Made by a program: the position numbers and the translations under genes
The notes under the pieces: generated by a model
What the model saw: the letters and a program-made list of their open reading frames with translations, nothing else
Database searches by the model: none
What the model was told of the DNA's origin: nothing
Part shown: positions 19,886-28,749 of the stretch, one piece after another
How the letters are laid out: every line of letters begins with the position of its first letter
Position numbering within the stretch: the first letter of the stretch is position 1
DNA from: Eubacteriales bacterium
GTDB taxonomy: Bacteria; Bacillota; Clostridia; Oscillospirales; CAG-272
Direction of reading: 5' to 3'
Assembly: GCA_045612665.1 (NCBI GenBank)
Contig: JAZKZO010000013.1
Location: 4,184 to 68,183, forward strand
Length of the DNA stretch: 64,000 bases

Positions 19886-21439
19886 ATGGAACAACAGATA
19901 GTAGCAGAATTGATTTCTAAAAATATGTCTGCATTCTATGGCTATGCCTTTGAGAAATTGTATGACAAGGACTCGGCAGAGGATTTAACCTCCGAAATAA
20001 TATGTGAAATTCTTGCCTCTGCCGAAAACCTTGAAAATGACGAGGCGTTTTGGGGCTATACTTGGAAAATTGCAGAAAATACCTTTAGAAAATTTATTCG
20101 CAGAAATAAAATCATATCAAAAACAGTAGATTTAAATGAAAATTCTGATAATGTTGGTTTTTATTATTCTCCTTTAGACCAATACATTGAAAAGGAAGAA
20201 AAGGACGAGCAAACCTATCTTTTAAGAAGGGAGCTATCCTTGCTTTCCTCAGTGCATAGAAAAATTACCGTTTCATATTACATTCATAATAAAAGCTGTG
20301 CAGAAATTGCAAGCGAGCAAAATATGAGCGTTGAAATGGTAAAGTATCATTTATTCAAATCAAGAAAGATACTAAAGGAAGGTGTTAGTATGACAAGAAA
20401 ATTAGGAGAAAAAAGCTACAACCCCGGTGTTTTCCGCGTTGATTTTTGGGGTAATGTTTCACCAAAATACAGAGAACTTTTTGACCGTTCATTGCCCGGA
20501 GCGATAATGCTTTCAGCTTATGAAAAACCACTTACAGCAGAAGAATTATCAATCGAGCTTGGTGTTGCAATGCCATATCTTGAGGAAGAGCTTGAAATCC
20601 TTGAAAGTGCCGAAATGATAAAGAGAGTAGGCACAAAATATCAAACAAATATTGTTATAATTACAGATGCATTTGAAAAAGATTTCATAAAGTCTGTTAA
20701 AAGTATTTACACGAATGCTGCAAAAGAGATTTTTGAAAGCTCAAAATCCTTGCTTGATAAGGTACGACAACTAAAATTTAAAGGCAACGACCTCGATGAT
20801 AACAGACTTTTGTGGCTCATTATCAGTATGGTTTTGCTTGAAGCAACAGATATGCCCGAAAGCTATCCCGATTTAGTGCTTGGTGGATGTGGCTTTGTGT
20901 TTGGATATGATAACGATTATCTCAATATGTCCATCAATGGAGTATCACATTGCTATGTTGATGATGTTGAGTTTTGCGCAGTGAACTATAAGAAAACACA
21001 GAATATACAAAACTATGAGCATTTTCGCTTTATGGACAGAGCCAAGGTAATGAAGGATGCTATATTGGGAAACAAAGCTGATGAAAGCAATCCAATGCTT
21101 CCTGTAATGATAGAACAAGGATATGTATATTGTGAAAATGGAATAGTATATCCAAACTTTTATTTGTTTGACAAAGAAAACTACAAGGCAATATGCGAGA
21201 TTCTTGCACCTAATTTAAAATACACCAAAGCATATATGGAGCAAATATTTGAAAGAGCCGCTATCGAGCTTTCAAAGGTTACTCCAAGCTTTGTAAAAGA
21301 CCAGTGCAAAAACATAGCACAGTTACATTATAGTAGCGGAGTTATGGGCTTTGTAGTAAACGAGCTTATAGAAAACGGTAGCTTGATTGTTCCAAAAGAA
21401 AAAACAAATCTTGCTATTTGGGGCATAAATCATAGATAA
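19886..21439 (+). CDS. ECF-type sigma-70 factor with ~350 aa C-terminal extension
   Basis: Sigma2 region (AEDLTSEI...FWGYTWKIAENTFRK), sigma4 region (YYIHNKSCAEIA...VKYHLFKSRKILK), then a second HTH-like segment (LTAEELSIELGVAMPYLEEELEIL). Confidence 0.85.
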   Translation: MEQQIVAELISKNMSAFYGYAFEKLYDKDSAEDLTSEIICEILASAENLENDEAFWGYTWKIAENTFRKFIRRNKIISKTVDLNENSDNVGFYYSPLDQYIEKEEKDEQTYLLRRELSLLSSVHRKITVSYYIHNKSCAEIASEQNMSVEMVKYHLFKSRKILKEGVSMTRKLGEKSYNPGVFRVDFWGNVSPKYRELFDRSLPGAIMLSAYEKPLTAEELSIELGVAMPYLEEELEILESAEMIKRVGTKYQTNIVIITDAFEKDFIKSVKSIYTNAAKEIFESSKSLLDKVRQLKFKGNDLDDNRLLWLIISMVLLEATDMPESYPDLVLGGCGFVFGYDNDYLNMSINGVSHCYVDDVEFCAVNYKKTQNIQNYEHFRFMDRAKVMKDAILGNKADESNPMLPVMIEQGYVYCENGIVYPNFYLFDKENYKAICEILAPNLKYTKAYMEQIFERAAIELSKVTPSFVKDQCKNIAQLHYSSGVMGFVVNELIENGSLIVPKEKTNLAIWGINHR

Positions 21440-21441
21440 GC

Positions 21442-21475
21442 AAAAAGCGAGTGCTGATTTTTCGGCACTCGTTTT
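21442..21475 (+). terminator. Terminator hairpin after the ECF gene (copy 1 of a repeated hairpin)
   Basis: cgagtgctg-attttt-cggcactcg followed by tttt. Confidence 0.8.
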
Positions 21476-21632
21476 CTGTAACAGGCTTGAATAAAATTTT
21501 AATATGTAGTAAAATAATTTCAGAAAACTTAAAACAAATCGTTTTCTGTCGAGAAGTATACGATTTTTAATGATAGGATTTAGTCAGTGAAACGGACTCG
21601 CGAGCTGTTTACAAAAATGAAAGGAGCATTTT

Positions 21633-22850
21633 ATGGAAAACAATGAAATTATAACTAATGCCTTGCGTTATATTAACAAGGAATGTAAAAACAGCGAATT
21701 AACCATCGAAAACATTGCTGTAAATGCAGGCTTTTGTACTGACTATTTCAATCGTATATTTTTAAATCACACAGGCTTTAATGTAATGGAATACGTTCGA
21801 TTTACAAGGTTAAGTAATGCAGCAATAGAACTTAGGAAAACAGATAATTCAATTCTTGAAATCGGTTTGAAATATGGATATGACTCTCACGATGGGTTTA
21901 CCCGTGCTTTCAAAAAGCAATATGGTAAAACGCCAAGTGAATACCGTGAAGAAATGAAAAACATACCAATTACCTTCGCTGATTATAATATGAATACAAC
22001 CGCCGGTAATAGAGTTGCACATGCTTTAAGTGAATTTAAGCGAATTCCAAGTGATATAGTTGTGGATTATCTATTAACTTTGAATGCAATAAAATACGGT
22101 TATGATGCATTATCTATCAAGTGGAACGGAACTTCAATTTTGACAGATTGTGATTTTGAAGAAACGGGATGCTTTATAGGAGCTGATATGTTTTTTGGAG
22201 ATAAGCCATACCTATATTTGCACGTAAGACATAAGGAAGATATCGCACGATATGTGAAAATTCTTGCAAAGCTAAATCCAAGCGTTATTCAGTTGTCGGT
22301 AGAGGATGAAATCAGTGAAAAAGAAATAGCAGAGTGCTTAAATGAGATAAAGTACAATAAAATTAATTCTTTGCCACAGGCTATATATCTTGGAGAGCCG
22401 TTTGAAATACCACAAAGCGAATATACGATGCGCTTCCTTGATGAAAACGACATGAGCAAGGCTCTTGCGTGGGCAAACGAAATGAACGTAGAAAAGGGTT
22501 GGACTTGGGGATTAAATCACGTTTTGAAAATGCCTCGCCAAAGTCATCCCGATGACCAGCCTATCGGTATGTTTTATAATGGCAAGCTAATAGGAGTATC
22601 AAGAGTTTCTCTAATGGAAGCTCACAACTTCAAGCTTAATAACTGTATAGTTACTGTAATTTTGCCGGAGTATAGAGCCGATAAGCTATATGAATTGCTT
22701 TATAAGTTTTCACTTAACGAAATGATGAAGCAGGATTGTATTCCTTATGAGGATATGCAATTTGGCGAGCAAGCTAAAAACAACGGTAATTTCACAGCAA
22801 CAGATATTGGTTATGAAATTGTTAAATACACAAGAATAATTGAGTTCTAA
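21633..22850 (+). CDS. AraC family regulator with C-terminal GNAT-like region
   Basis: N-terminal AraC HTH (IENIAVNAGF...YFNRIF...EIGLKYGYDSHDGFTRAFKKQYGKTPSEYR); C-terminal VILPEYR resembles a degenerate GNAT motif A. Confidence 0.8.
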   Translation: MENNEIITNALRYINKECKNSELTIENIAVNAGFCTDYFNRIFLNHTGFNVMEYVRFTRLSNAAIELRKTDNSILEIGLKYGYDSHDGFTRAFKKQYGKTPSEYREEMKNIPITFADYNMNTTAGNRVAHALSEFKRIPSDIVVDYLLTLNAIKYGYDALSIKWNGTSILTDCDFEETGCFIGADMFFGDKPYLYLHVRHKEDIARYVKILAKLNPSVIQLSVEDEISEKEIAECLNEIKYNKINSLPQAIYLGEPFEIPQSEYTMRFLDENDMSKALAWANEMNVEKGWTWGLNHVLKMPRQSHPDDQPIGMFYNGKLIGVSRVSLMEAHNFKLNNCIVTVILPEYRADKLYELLYKFSLNEMMKQDCIPYEDMQFGEQAKNNGNFTATDIGYEIVKYTRIIEF

Positions 22851-22863
22851 ACTCAAACCTCCT

Positions 22864-22896
22864 AAAAACGAGTGTTGATTTTCAACACTCGTTTTT
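22864..22896 (+). terminator. Terminator hairpin after the AraC gene (copy 2 of a repeated hairpin)
   Basis: aaaaacgagtgttg-atttt-caacactcgttttt. Confidence 0.85.
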
Positions 22897-22924
22897 CTTT
22901 TTCTGTTTACAAATAATTAAAAGT

Positions 22925-22954
22925 AAAAAGACGGTATGTAAATACCGTCTTTTT
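22925..22954 (-). terminator. Terminator of the minus-strand membrane protein gene
   Basis: aaaaagacggtat-gtaa-ataccgtcttttt, at the stop codon of 22953..23564. Confidence 0.8.
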
Positions 22955-23564
22955 AAAATTGTTTTTTGTATTTTTGGTTTTCGCGTTCTTTGGTTTCTTT
23001 TAGGCGCTTTATAAGAATTGTGAGAATTGTGCAGATAATAAAAGCACCGATATAGATTCCTAAGATGAGAATTAGGTTGTTTCCAACGTTTAAGCCACCG
23101 ATAGTAACTGTGATTAGATAGTAGAAAATTCCAACTGTAACAAAGTAAATCAATGCTTTGATAGAAAAGCTTTCTAGCTTTACATAGCAAATAAGCGCTG
23201 AAATAAGAGCTGAAAATACAGCTATTACAATAATTGAATAAAGATCGATTGACCAAAGAGCCTTTTTTGATATGTTTACAAAATATACTATGATTTTTAA
23301 AATTACCGAGATGCAAGTATAAAAAGAGAAGCTATACCACATCATTTTTATTTTTTCAAGAGGTTTTATAAGACCATCCTTCAAAATAACAACGAATGCC
23401 GATATTCCGAAAGAGATTATTAACAGTGTAAGCGTTGCACCTAAGCTCAAAAGTCCTGTTTTGGATATAAAAAGTCCTATAAACAAGTCTAGAAGTAGTG
23501 TTAAAGGAGCAAAAATTGCGCAAGAAAAAGTAAGCATATTTAAAATTAACCTCTTTGCGTTCAT
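22953..23564 (-). CDS. Hypothetical integral membrane protein (about 6 TM helices)
   Basis: 203 aa, mostly hydrophobic, basic C-tail; RBS aaaggag; own TTGAAA-17-TATGCT promoter and terminator. Confidence 0.75.
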   Translation of the reverse strand: MNAKRLILNMLTFSCAIFAPLTLLLDLFIGLFISKTGLLSLGATLTLLIISFGISAFVVILKDGLIKPLEKIKMMWYSFSFYTCISVILKIIVYFVNISKKALWSIDLYSIIVIAVFSALISALICYVKLESFSIKALIYFVTVGIFYYLITVTIGGLNVGNNLILILGIYIGAFIICTILTILIKRLKETKERENQKYKKQF

Positions 23565-23757
23565 AAATAAACTCCTTTCAAGTGATTACATTGAAAGCAT
23601 ACCACAAATCGCATCTTTTTTCAAGTAATTTCTATAAAAAACAGTAAAAATGAAAATATGCATAAAAAATGAATATTTTCACTTGACTTTATTTGAGCAA
23701 ACCTATATAATATAGGTAAACAATAAATTGTTTATATTTATTCAAACGAGGTTTATT

Positions 23758-24159
23758 ATGCTTGGTAAGAGAAAAATAAGAAAAAATGTCTTTGGTCTTG
23801 TTTTTGGCTATAATTTTAACAAGGAGATTGACAAGCTTCAATATTACAATGACGCATACGACAATTTTTGTTGCGAGGATAACGAGGAAGAGAGTGTAAA
23901 GACTACCTTTTTTGGCATTTGCGACAATATTGAGGAAATAGATGCGATTATATCTAATAATCTTAAGGGATGGAATATATCAAGACTTTCAAAGGTAACG
24001 GTTTCCATTTTGAGAGTTAGCGTTTATGAAATGAAATATCTTGAACTTCCACCTGCAATTTCTATAAACGAGGCAGTTGAGCTTGCAAAGGAATACGCAG
24101 AGGATGGAGCTTCATCTTACATAAACGGCGTTCTTAATAATATTAAAAACGGACTTTGA
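23758..24159 (+). CDS. nusB: Transcription antitermination factor NusB
   Basis: LKGWNISRLSKV...ILRVSVYEM...PPAISINEAVELAKEY...YINGVL; RBS gaggt before ATG 23758; TTGACT-17-TATAAT upstream. Confidence 0.95.
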   Translation: MLGKRKIRKNVFGLVFGYNFNKEIDKLQYYNDAYDNFCCEDNEEESVKTTFFGICDNIEEIDAIISNNLKGWNISRLSKVTVSILRVSVYEMKYLELPPAISINEAVELAKEYAEDGASSYINGVLNNIKNGL

Positions 24160-24161
24160 TT

Positions 24162-25115
24162 ATGTCGAATAAGGTTTTTGTTGGAATTGATACAAGCAAT
24201 TACACAACCTCATGCGCAATATCGGACGAAAGTGGCAATATCTTGCATAATTTCAAGATATTGCTTCCTGTTTCCGAGGGGGAACGAGGATTAAGACAAA
24301 GCGAGGCTGTCTTTGCTCATATCAAGAATTTTAAGCTCATTGCCGAGATGATACGAGAAAAATGCTCAAATCTTGACATTGTAGCGATTGGATACTCGGG
24401 ATCGCCGAGAGATGCGCAGGGCTCTTATATGCCTTGCTTTTTAACAGGTGAGGCGGTGGCACAAATGCTATCGTCGTTTGTTGGCTGTAAGGCTTATAAA
24501 TTTTCTCATCAGGCAGGACACATTCGTGCCGCCATTTATTCCTCGGGCGCTCAAATAGATGATGATTTTATATCGTTTCACGTTTCCGGTGGAACGACTG
24601 ATATATTGTTGGTTAAGAAAACCACCGACGGATATTACGATATAGAGTGTCTTGGCGGTAGTGTTGACCTACACGCAGGACAGGCTATTGATAGAATAGG
24701 CGTTTTAATGGGTCTTGATTTTCCTTGCGGAAGACATATGGAAGCCTTGGCAAGAGAAAATAAGGTTAAAGTTGAGAGCCCCAAAATTTGCGTTAAGGGA
24801 TTATCCTGTAATTTGTCGGGACTTGAAAATTTGGCCGTAAAGCTATATGCATCAACAGGTGATAAGCCGTTGGTTTGCGCATACGTGCTTGAATTTATCG
24901 GCAAAACCTTGGAAAAAATCACACAAAACATAAGAAACATCGGTTATAGCCAAAAAATTATATATGCCGGTGGAGTAATGAGTAACAAAATAATACAGGC
25001 AAGGCTAGGTGCAAAATTTAAGGATGTTTATTTTGCAAGTCCCGAATTTAGCGCTGACAATGCAGCCGGAATTGCATTACTTGCCAAGGAGAAGTATTCA
25101 AAAGAAGAGAGGTAA
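24162..25115 (+). CDS. TsaD/Kae1-like ASKHA protein (paralogue, glycoprotease family)
   Basis: GIDTSNYTTS, SHQAGH, HVSGGT, GQAIDRIG, GGVMSN, DNAAGIA; lies between nusB and xseA. Confidence 0.8.
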   Translation: MSNKVFVGIDTSNYTTSCAISDESGNILHNFKILLPVSEGERGLRQSEAVFAHIKNFKLIAEMIREKCSNLDIVAIGYSGSPRDAQGSYMPCFLTGEAVAQMLSSFVGCKAYKFSHQAGHIRAAIYSSGAQIDDDFISFHVSGGTTDILLVKKTTDGYYDIECLGGSVDLHAGQAIDRIGVLMGLDFPCGRHMEALARENKVKVESPKICVKGLSCNLSGLENLAVKLYASTGDKPLVCAYVLEFIGKTLEKITQNIRNIGYSQKIIYAGGVMSNKIIQARLGAKFKDVYFASPEFSADNAAGIALLAKEKYSKEER

Positions 25116-25117
25116 AA

Positions 25118-26380
25118 ATGGCTGTTTCATATAGATTTGACGAAAATGGCAATCAGCTTATGCCTGAGCCTAAATCTATTTCTTGGCTAAATGAATATAT
25201 AAAATCTCTTATTGAGGAGGAAGTTCAGCTTCAAGACGTCTACGTTTTAGCTGAAATTTCTAACTTTAAAAGTCATTCGACAGGACATTTGTATTTTACA
25301 TTGAAGGACGAAAAAAGCGAAATTAAGGCAGTTATGTTTCGTACATATGCCTATAAGCTTCAATTTCGCCCTGAAAATGGCTTGAAGGTTCTTGTTCACG
25401 GAAGAGTTGGGGTTTACGAAAAGGGTGGAGTATATCAGCTTTACGTTGATGCTATGCAGCCCGACGGAATAGGTTCTTTGTATCTTGCTTACGAGCAATT
25501 AAAGAAAAAGCTATCTGACGAGGGCTTGTTTGATGAGTCTCACAAGAAGTCTTTGCCGAGATTTCCAAAGAAAATAGGAATTATTACCTCACCAACAGGA
25601 GCGGCAGTAAGAGATATAATAAAGGTTTCTAAAAGAAGATGTCCTTTTATTAAGCTAGTGCTATTTCCGTCTGCCGTTCAAGGTGCATCTGCTGCCGATG
25701 AGCTCACAAGAGCTGTGGAATATTTCAATTTTGACGAGTCAGTGGATCTTATAATAATCGGTCGAGGTGGCGGATCTATTGAGGACTTGTGGTCATTTAA
25801 TGATGAAGGACTTGCAAGAGCAATTTATGCGTCTAAAATACCTGTCATTTCTGCCGTTGGGCACGAAATCGACTTTACAATATGCGATTTTGTAGCTGAT
25901 GTTCGTGCTGCAACACCGTCGCATGCCGCTGAAATTGCGACGCCGAATGTTTTTGATTTGAAAACTTCGCTTGATTCCTATTATAAAAGCATGTATAGCT
26001 CAATTTATCACAAAATAGAGAATTATAAGACAAGAGTATCAGCTCTTGAGAGTAATAAGATGTTAAAAAATCCTCTAATTCTCTTTGACACTAAGAAAAT
26101 GCAACTTTTTACAATTGCCGAAAATATGTCTAATGCAATTTTGGCGAAGACAAATGCACTAAAGCTTGAGCTTACAAGACTGGGCGCCTCGCTAAACGCT
26201 TTAAGTCCTCTTGCGGTTTTATCAAGAGGATATAGCGCTGTGTTTGATAGTGATAATAAGGTTGTGAAAAGTATTGAAAATATCGAAATAAACGATGAAA
26301 TATGTTTGAAAATGGCAGACGGTGCTTTAAAGGCGACTGTTAACTCAAAAGAAAGAGAAGGAAAAGAAAATGCCTGCTAA
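25118..26380 (+). CDS. xseA: Exodeoxyribonuclease VII large subunit
   Basis: GHLYFTLKD, ITSPTGAAVRDI, GRGGGSIEDLW, SAVGHEIDFT, AATPS. Confidence 0.97.
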   Translation: MAVSYRFDENGNQLMPEPKSISWLNEYIKSLIEEEVQLQDVYVLAEISNFKSHSTGHLYFTLKDEKSEIKAVMFRTYAYKLQFRPENGLKVLVHGRVGVYEKGGVYQLYVDAMQPDGIGSLYLAYEQLKKKLSDEGLFDESHKKSLPRFPKKIGIITSPTGAAVRDIIKVSKRRCPFIKLVLFPSAVQGASAADELTRAVEYFNFDESVDLIIIGRGGGSIEDLWSFNDEGLARAIYASKIPVISAVGHEIDFTICDFVADVRAATPSHAAEIATPNVFDLKTSLDSYYKSMYSSIYHKIENYKTRVSALESNKMLKNPLILFDTKKMQLFTIAENMSNAILAKTNALKLELTRLGASLNALSPLAVLSRGYSAVFDSDNKVVKSIENIEINDEICLKMADGALKATVNSKEREGKENAC

Positions 26381-26615
26381 AAAGGAAATAACGTTTGAAC
26401 AAGCTTTAGAAAGACTTGAAAATATAGTTGCATCACTAGAAAACGGTGATGCTCCTTTGGATGAATCGTTAACTCTTTTTGAAGAAGGAGTTAAGCTTGT
26501 TAAGCTTTGCAATAACAAACTGGAGAATGCCGAGGAGGCTGTTAAACAGTTGCTGAACATTGATGGGGAATTCATAGAAAAGAATTTTTCAGAGGAGCTT
26601 GAAAATGAGAATTGA
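26370..26615 (+). CDS. xseB: Exodeoxyribonuclease VII small subunit
   Basis: TFEQALERLENIVASLENGDAPLDESLTLFEEG. Confidence 0.95.
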   Translation: MPAKKEITFEQALERLENIVASLENGDAPLDESLTLFEEGVKLVKLCNNKLENAEEAVKQLLNIDGEFIEKNFSEELENEN

Positions 26616-27483
26616 CGAGCTGATTTCAGAAAATTCTACAATCGTCGAAAATGAATTGAAGGCTTATTGCGATGTAAACGGATATGGCCTAGAGAAGCCG
26701 ATGGCTTATAGCTTGCTTTCTGGTGGAAAAAGGTTGAGACCTTTTATGGTTATTGAATCATACAAGCTCTTTTCAAAGAAAAATGATATTGAAAAGGTAC
26801 TTCCATATGCGTGCGCGCTTGAAATGATTCACACATATTCCTTGATACACGATGATTTGCCATCAATGGATAATGATGATTATAGGAGAGGAAAGCCTAC
26901 TAACCACAAGGTTTTTGGAGAAGCCAATGCACTTTTGGCGGGAGATGCGCTTTTGACATATGCGTTTTTGGTTGCCTCATCGAATAATAACGTTAGTCAC
27001 GTGAGTGTTAGAAATGCTATTAAGGCACTTTCCGACTGTGCAGGATTTGCCGGAATGGCGGGCGGACAAATGCTCGATATAAACTCGAATATCAATTCAT
27101 ATGATGAGCTTAAGAAAATGCATGAGCTTAAAACAGGAGCTCTTATTAAATGCGCAATGCTTTTGGGATATTACGCTAGCTGTGACGAACCGAACGACGA
27201 GGTTGTCTGCGATTTGACCAAATTTGCGTTGAATATTGGCGTTGCATTCCAAATAAGAGATGATATTCTTGATAAAATAGCAGATGAATCGGTTTTGGGA
27301 AAGCCTGTCGGCTCTGATGAAAAAAACAATAAGCTTACCTCACTTTCTTATATGTCGATAGATGAGGCCCAAAAGACAGTGGATAGGCTAACTAACGAAG
27401 CGATCGCTATCATTGGTAAGTATTCCGAAGGAAATGACACATTGATACAGCTTGCAAAATATCTTGTTGAGAGAAATAAATGA
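26605..27483 (+). CDS. ispA: Geranyltranstransferase / polyprenyl synthetase
   Basis: GGKRLRP, SLIHDDLPSMDNDDYRRG, FQIRDDILD; RBS gaggag before ATG 26605. Confidence 0.93.
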   Translation: MRIDELISENSTIVENELKAYCDVNGYGLEKPMAYSLLSGGKRLRPFMVIESYKLFSKKNDIEKVLPYACALEMIHTYSLIHDDLPSMDNDDYRRGKPTNHKVFGEANALLAGDALLTYAFLVASSNNNVSHVSVRNAIKALSDCAGFAGMAGGQMLDINSNINSYDELKKMHELKTGALIKCAMLLGYYASCDEPNDEVVCDLTKFALNIGVAFQIRDDILDKIADESVLGKPVGSDEKNNKLTSLSYMSIDEAQKTVDRLTNEAIAIIGKYSEGNDTLIQLAKYLVERNK

Positions 27484-28262
27484 TAAGACTTGATTTATAT
27501 TTAAGTAATTTCGGATATGTAAAGAGCCGTCAAAAGGCGAAAACGTTAATAGAAGACGGTTTTGTGAATGTAAATGGCAAGAAAATTACCAAATCATCTT
27601 ACTTGATTGCTGAGGAATCGGAGAATAACATTGAAATTTCCGATCCATGTCCTTACGTTTCAAGAGGTGGATTAAAGCTTGAAAAGGCCATAGTCGAGGG
27701 AAATGTTAACGTTTTAAACAAAACTGCCATAGATATAGGAGCCTCTACGGGCGGATTTACTGATTGTTTACTGAAACACGGGGCAAGAATCATTTATGCC
27801 GTTGATTCGGGCTCAAATCAGCTTGATACGGCTTTAAAATACAACTCTAGAGTTGTTTCTATGGAAAATTATAATGCGAGGACCATATCCTTTGAAGATA
27901 TCGGAGAGTTTTGCGATATTATTACAATGGACGTTTCTTTTATATCTCAAACGCTTATTATGCCATCGGCAGTTTCGCTTTTAAGAGAAAGCGGAGCGTA
28001 TATTTCACTAATCAAGCCACAGTTTGAGGTTGGAAAATCAAGGATTGGCAAGGGTGGAATTGTCAAAAATCCCGAGGATAGACTTTTTGGAGTGGAAAAG
28101 ATAATTGAATGTGCAGATGCATTGAATATGAAGTGCATTTATTTTTCAAAATCTCCCATTCTTGGCGGAGATGGAAATACCGAATATTTGGCGATTTTTT
28201 CCAAAAATGCTATAAAACCTATAGAAAACACGGACATTAAGAGAATTGTGCTCGAAAAATAA
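27480..28262 (+). CDS. tlyA: TlyA family rRNA methyltransferase
   Basis: S4 domain, YVSRGGLKL, DIGASTGGFTD, DVSFIS, LIKPQFE, GGDGNTEY. Confidence 0.95.
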   Translation: MIRLDLYLSNFGYVKSRQKAKTLIEDGFVNVNGKKITKSSYLIAEESENNIEISDPCPYVSRGGLKLEKAIVEGNVNVLNKTAIDIGASTGGFTDCLLKHGARIIYAVDSGSNQLDTALKYNSRVVSMENYNARTISFEDIGEFCDIITMDVSFISQTLIMPSAVSLLRESGAYISLIKPQFEVGKSRIGKGGIVKNPEDRLFGVEKIIECADALNMKCIYFSKSPILGGDGNTEYLAIFSKNAIKPIENTDIKRIVLEK

Positions 28263-28275
28263 GGGAGAATAATAT

Positions 28276-28722
28276 ATGAAATCCAGTAGACAGGAAAAAA
28301 TACTTGAGATTATTTCGAAAAACAATATAGAAACTCAAGAAGAATTAATAGAGGCCCTTAAAAAAGAGGGAATTGTTGCAACTCAGGCGACGGCTTCAAG
28401 AGATATAAGACAGCTTAAGCTTTTGAAGGTTATGGTTGATGGTGTTTATAAGTACGTAGCACCAAAGAAGGAGCTTGATGAATTATCAGAATATAATAGT
28501 GCATTGATTTTGTCTATACGCGAAATAAAGTATGCTCTTAACAATGTTGTTATAAGAACTGCACCTGGTCTTGCTCAAGCCGTTGCTGCCGGTGTTGATT
28601 CGTTGAGAGAAAATGATATTTTAGGATCCGTGGCGGGTGATGATACTATAATTTTGGTTACATCGTCAGAGGAAGCTAGCGAAAGAATAGCGCAAAAGCT
28701 TTCTAAAATAGCTGAAAGATAA
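28276..28722 (+). CDS. argR: Arginine repressor
   Basis: RQEKILEII...TQEEL...TQATASRDI, GSVAGDDTI. Confidence 0.95.
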   Translation: MKSSRQEKILEIISKNNIETQEELIEALKKEGIVATQATASRDIRQLKLLKVMVDGVYKYVAPKKELDELSEYNSALILSIREIKYALNNVVIRTAPGLAQAVAAGVDSLRENDILGSVAGDDTIILVTSSEEASERIAQKLSKIAER

Positions 28723-28749
28723 GAAATTACAAATATTAAAGGAGCAAAT

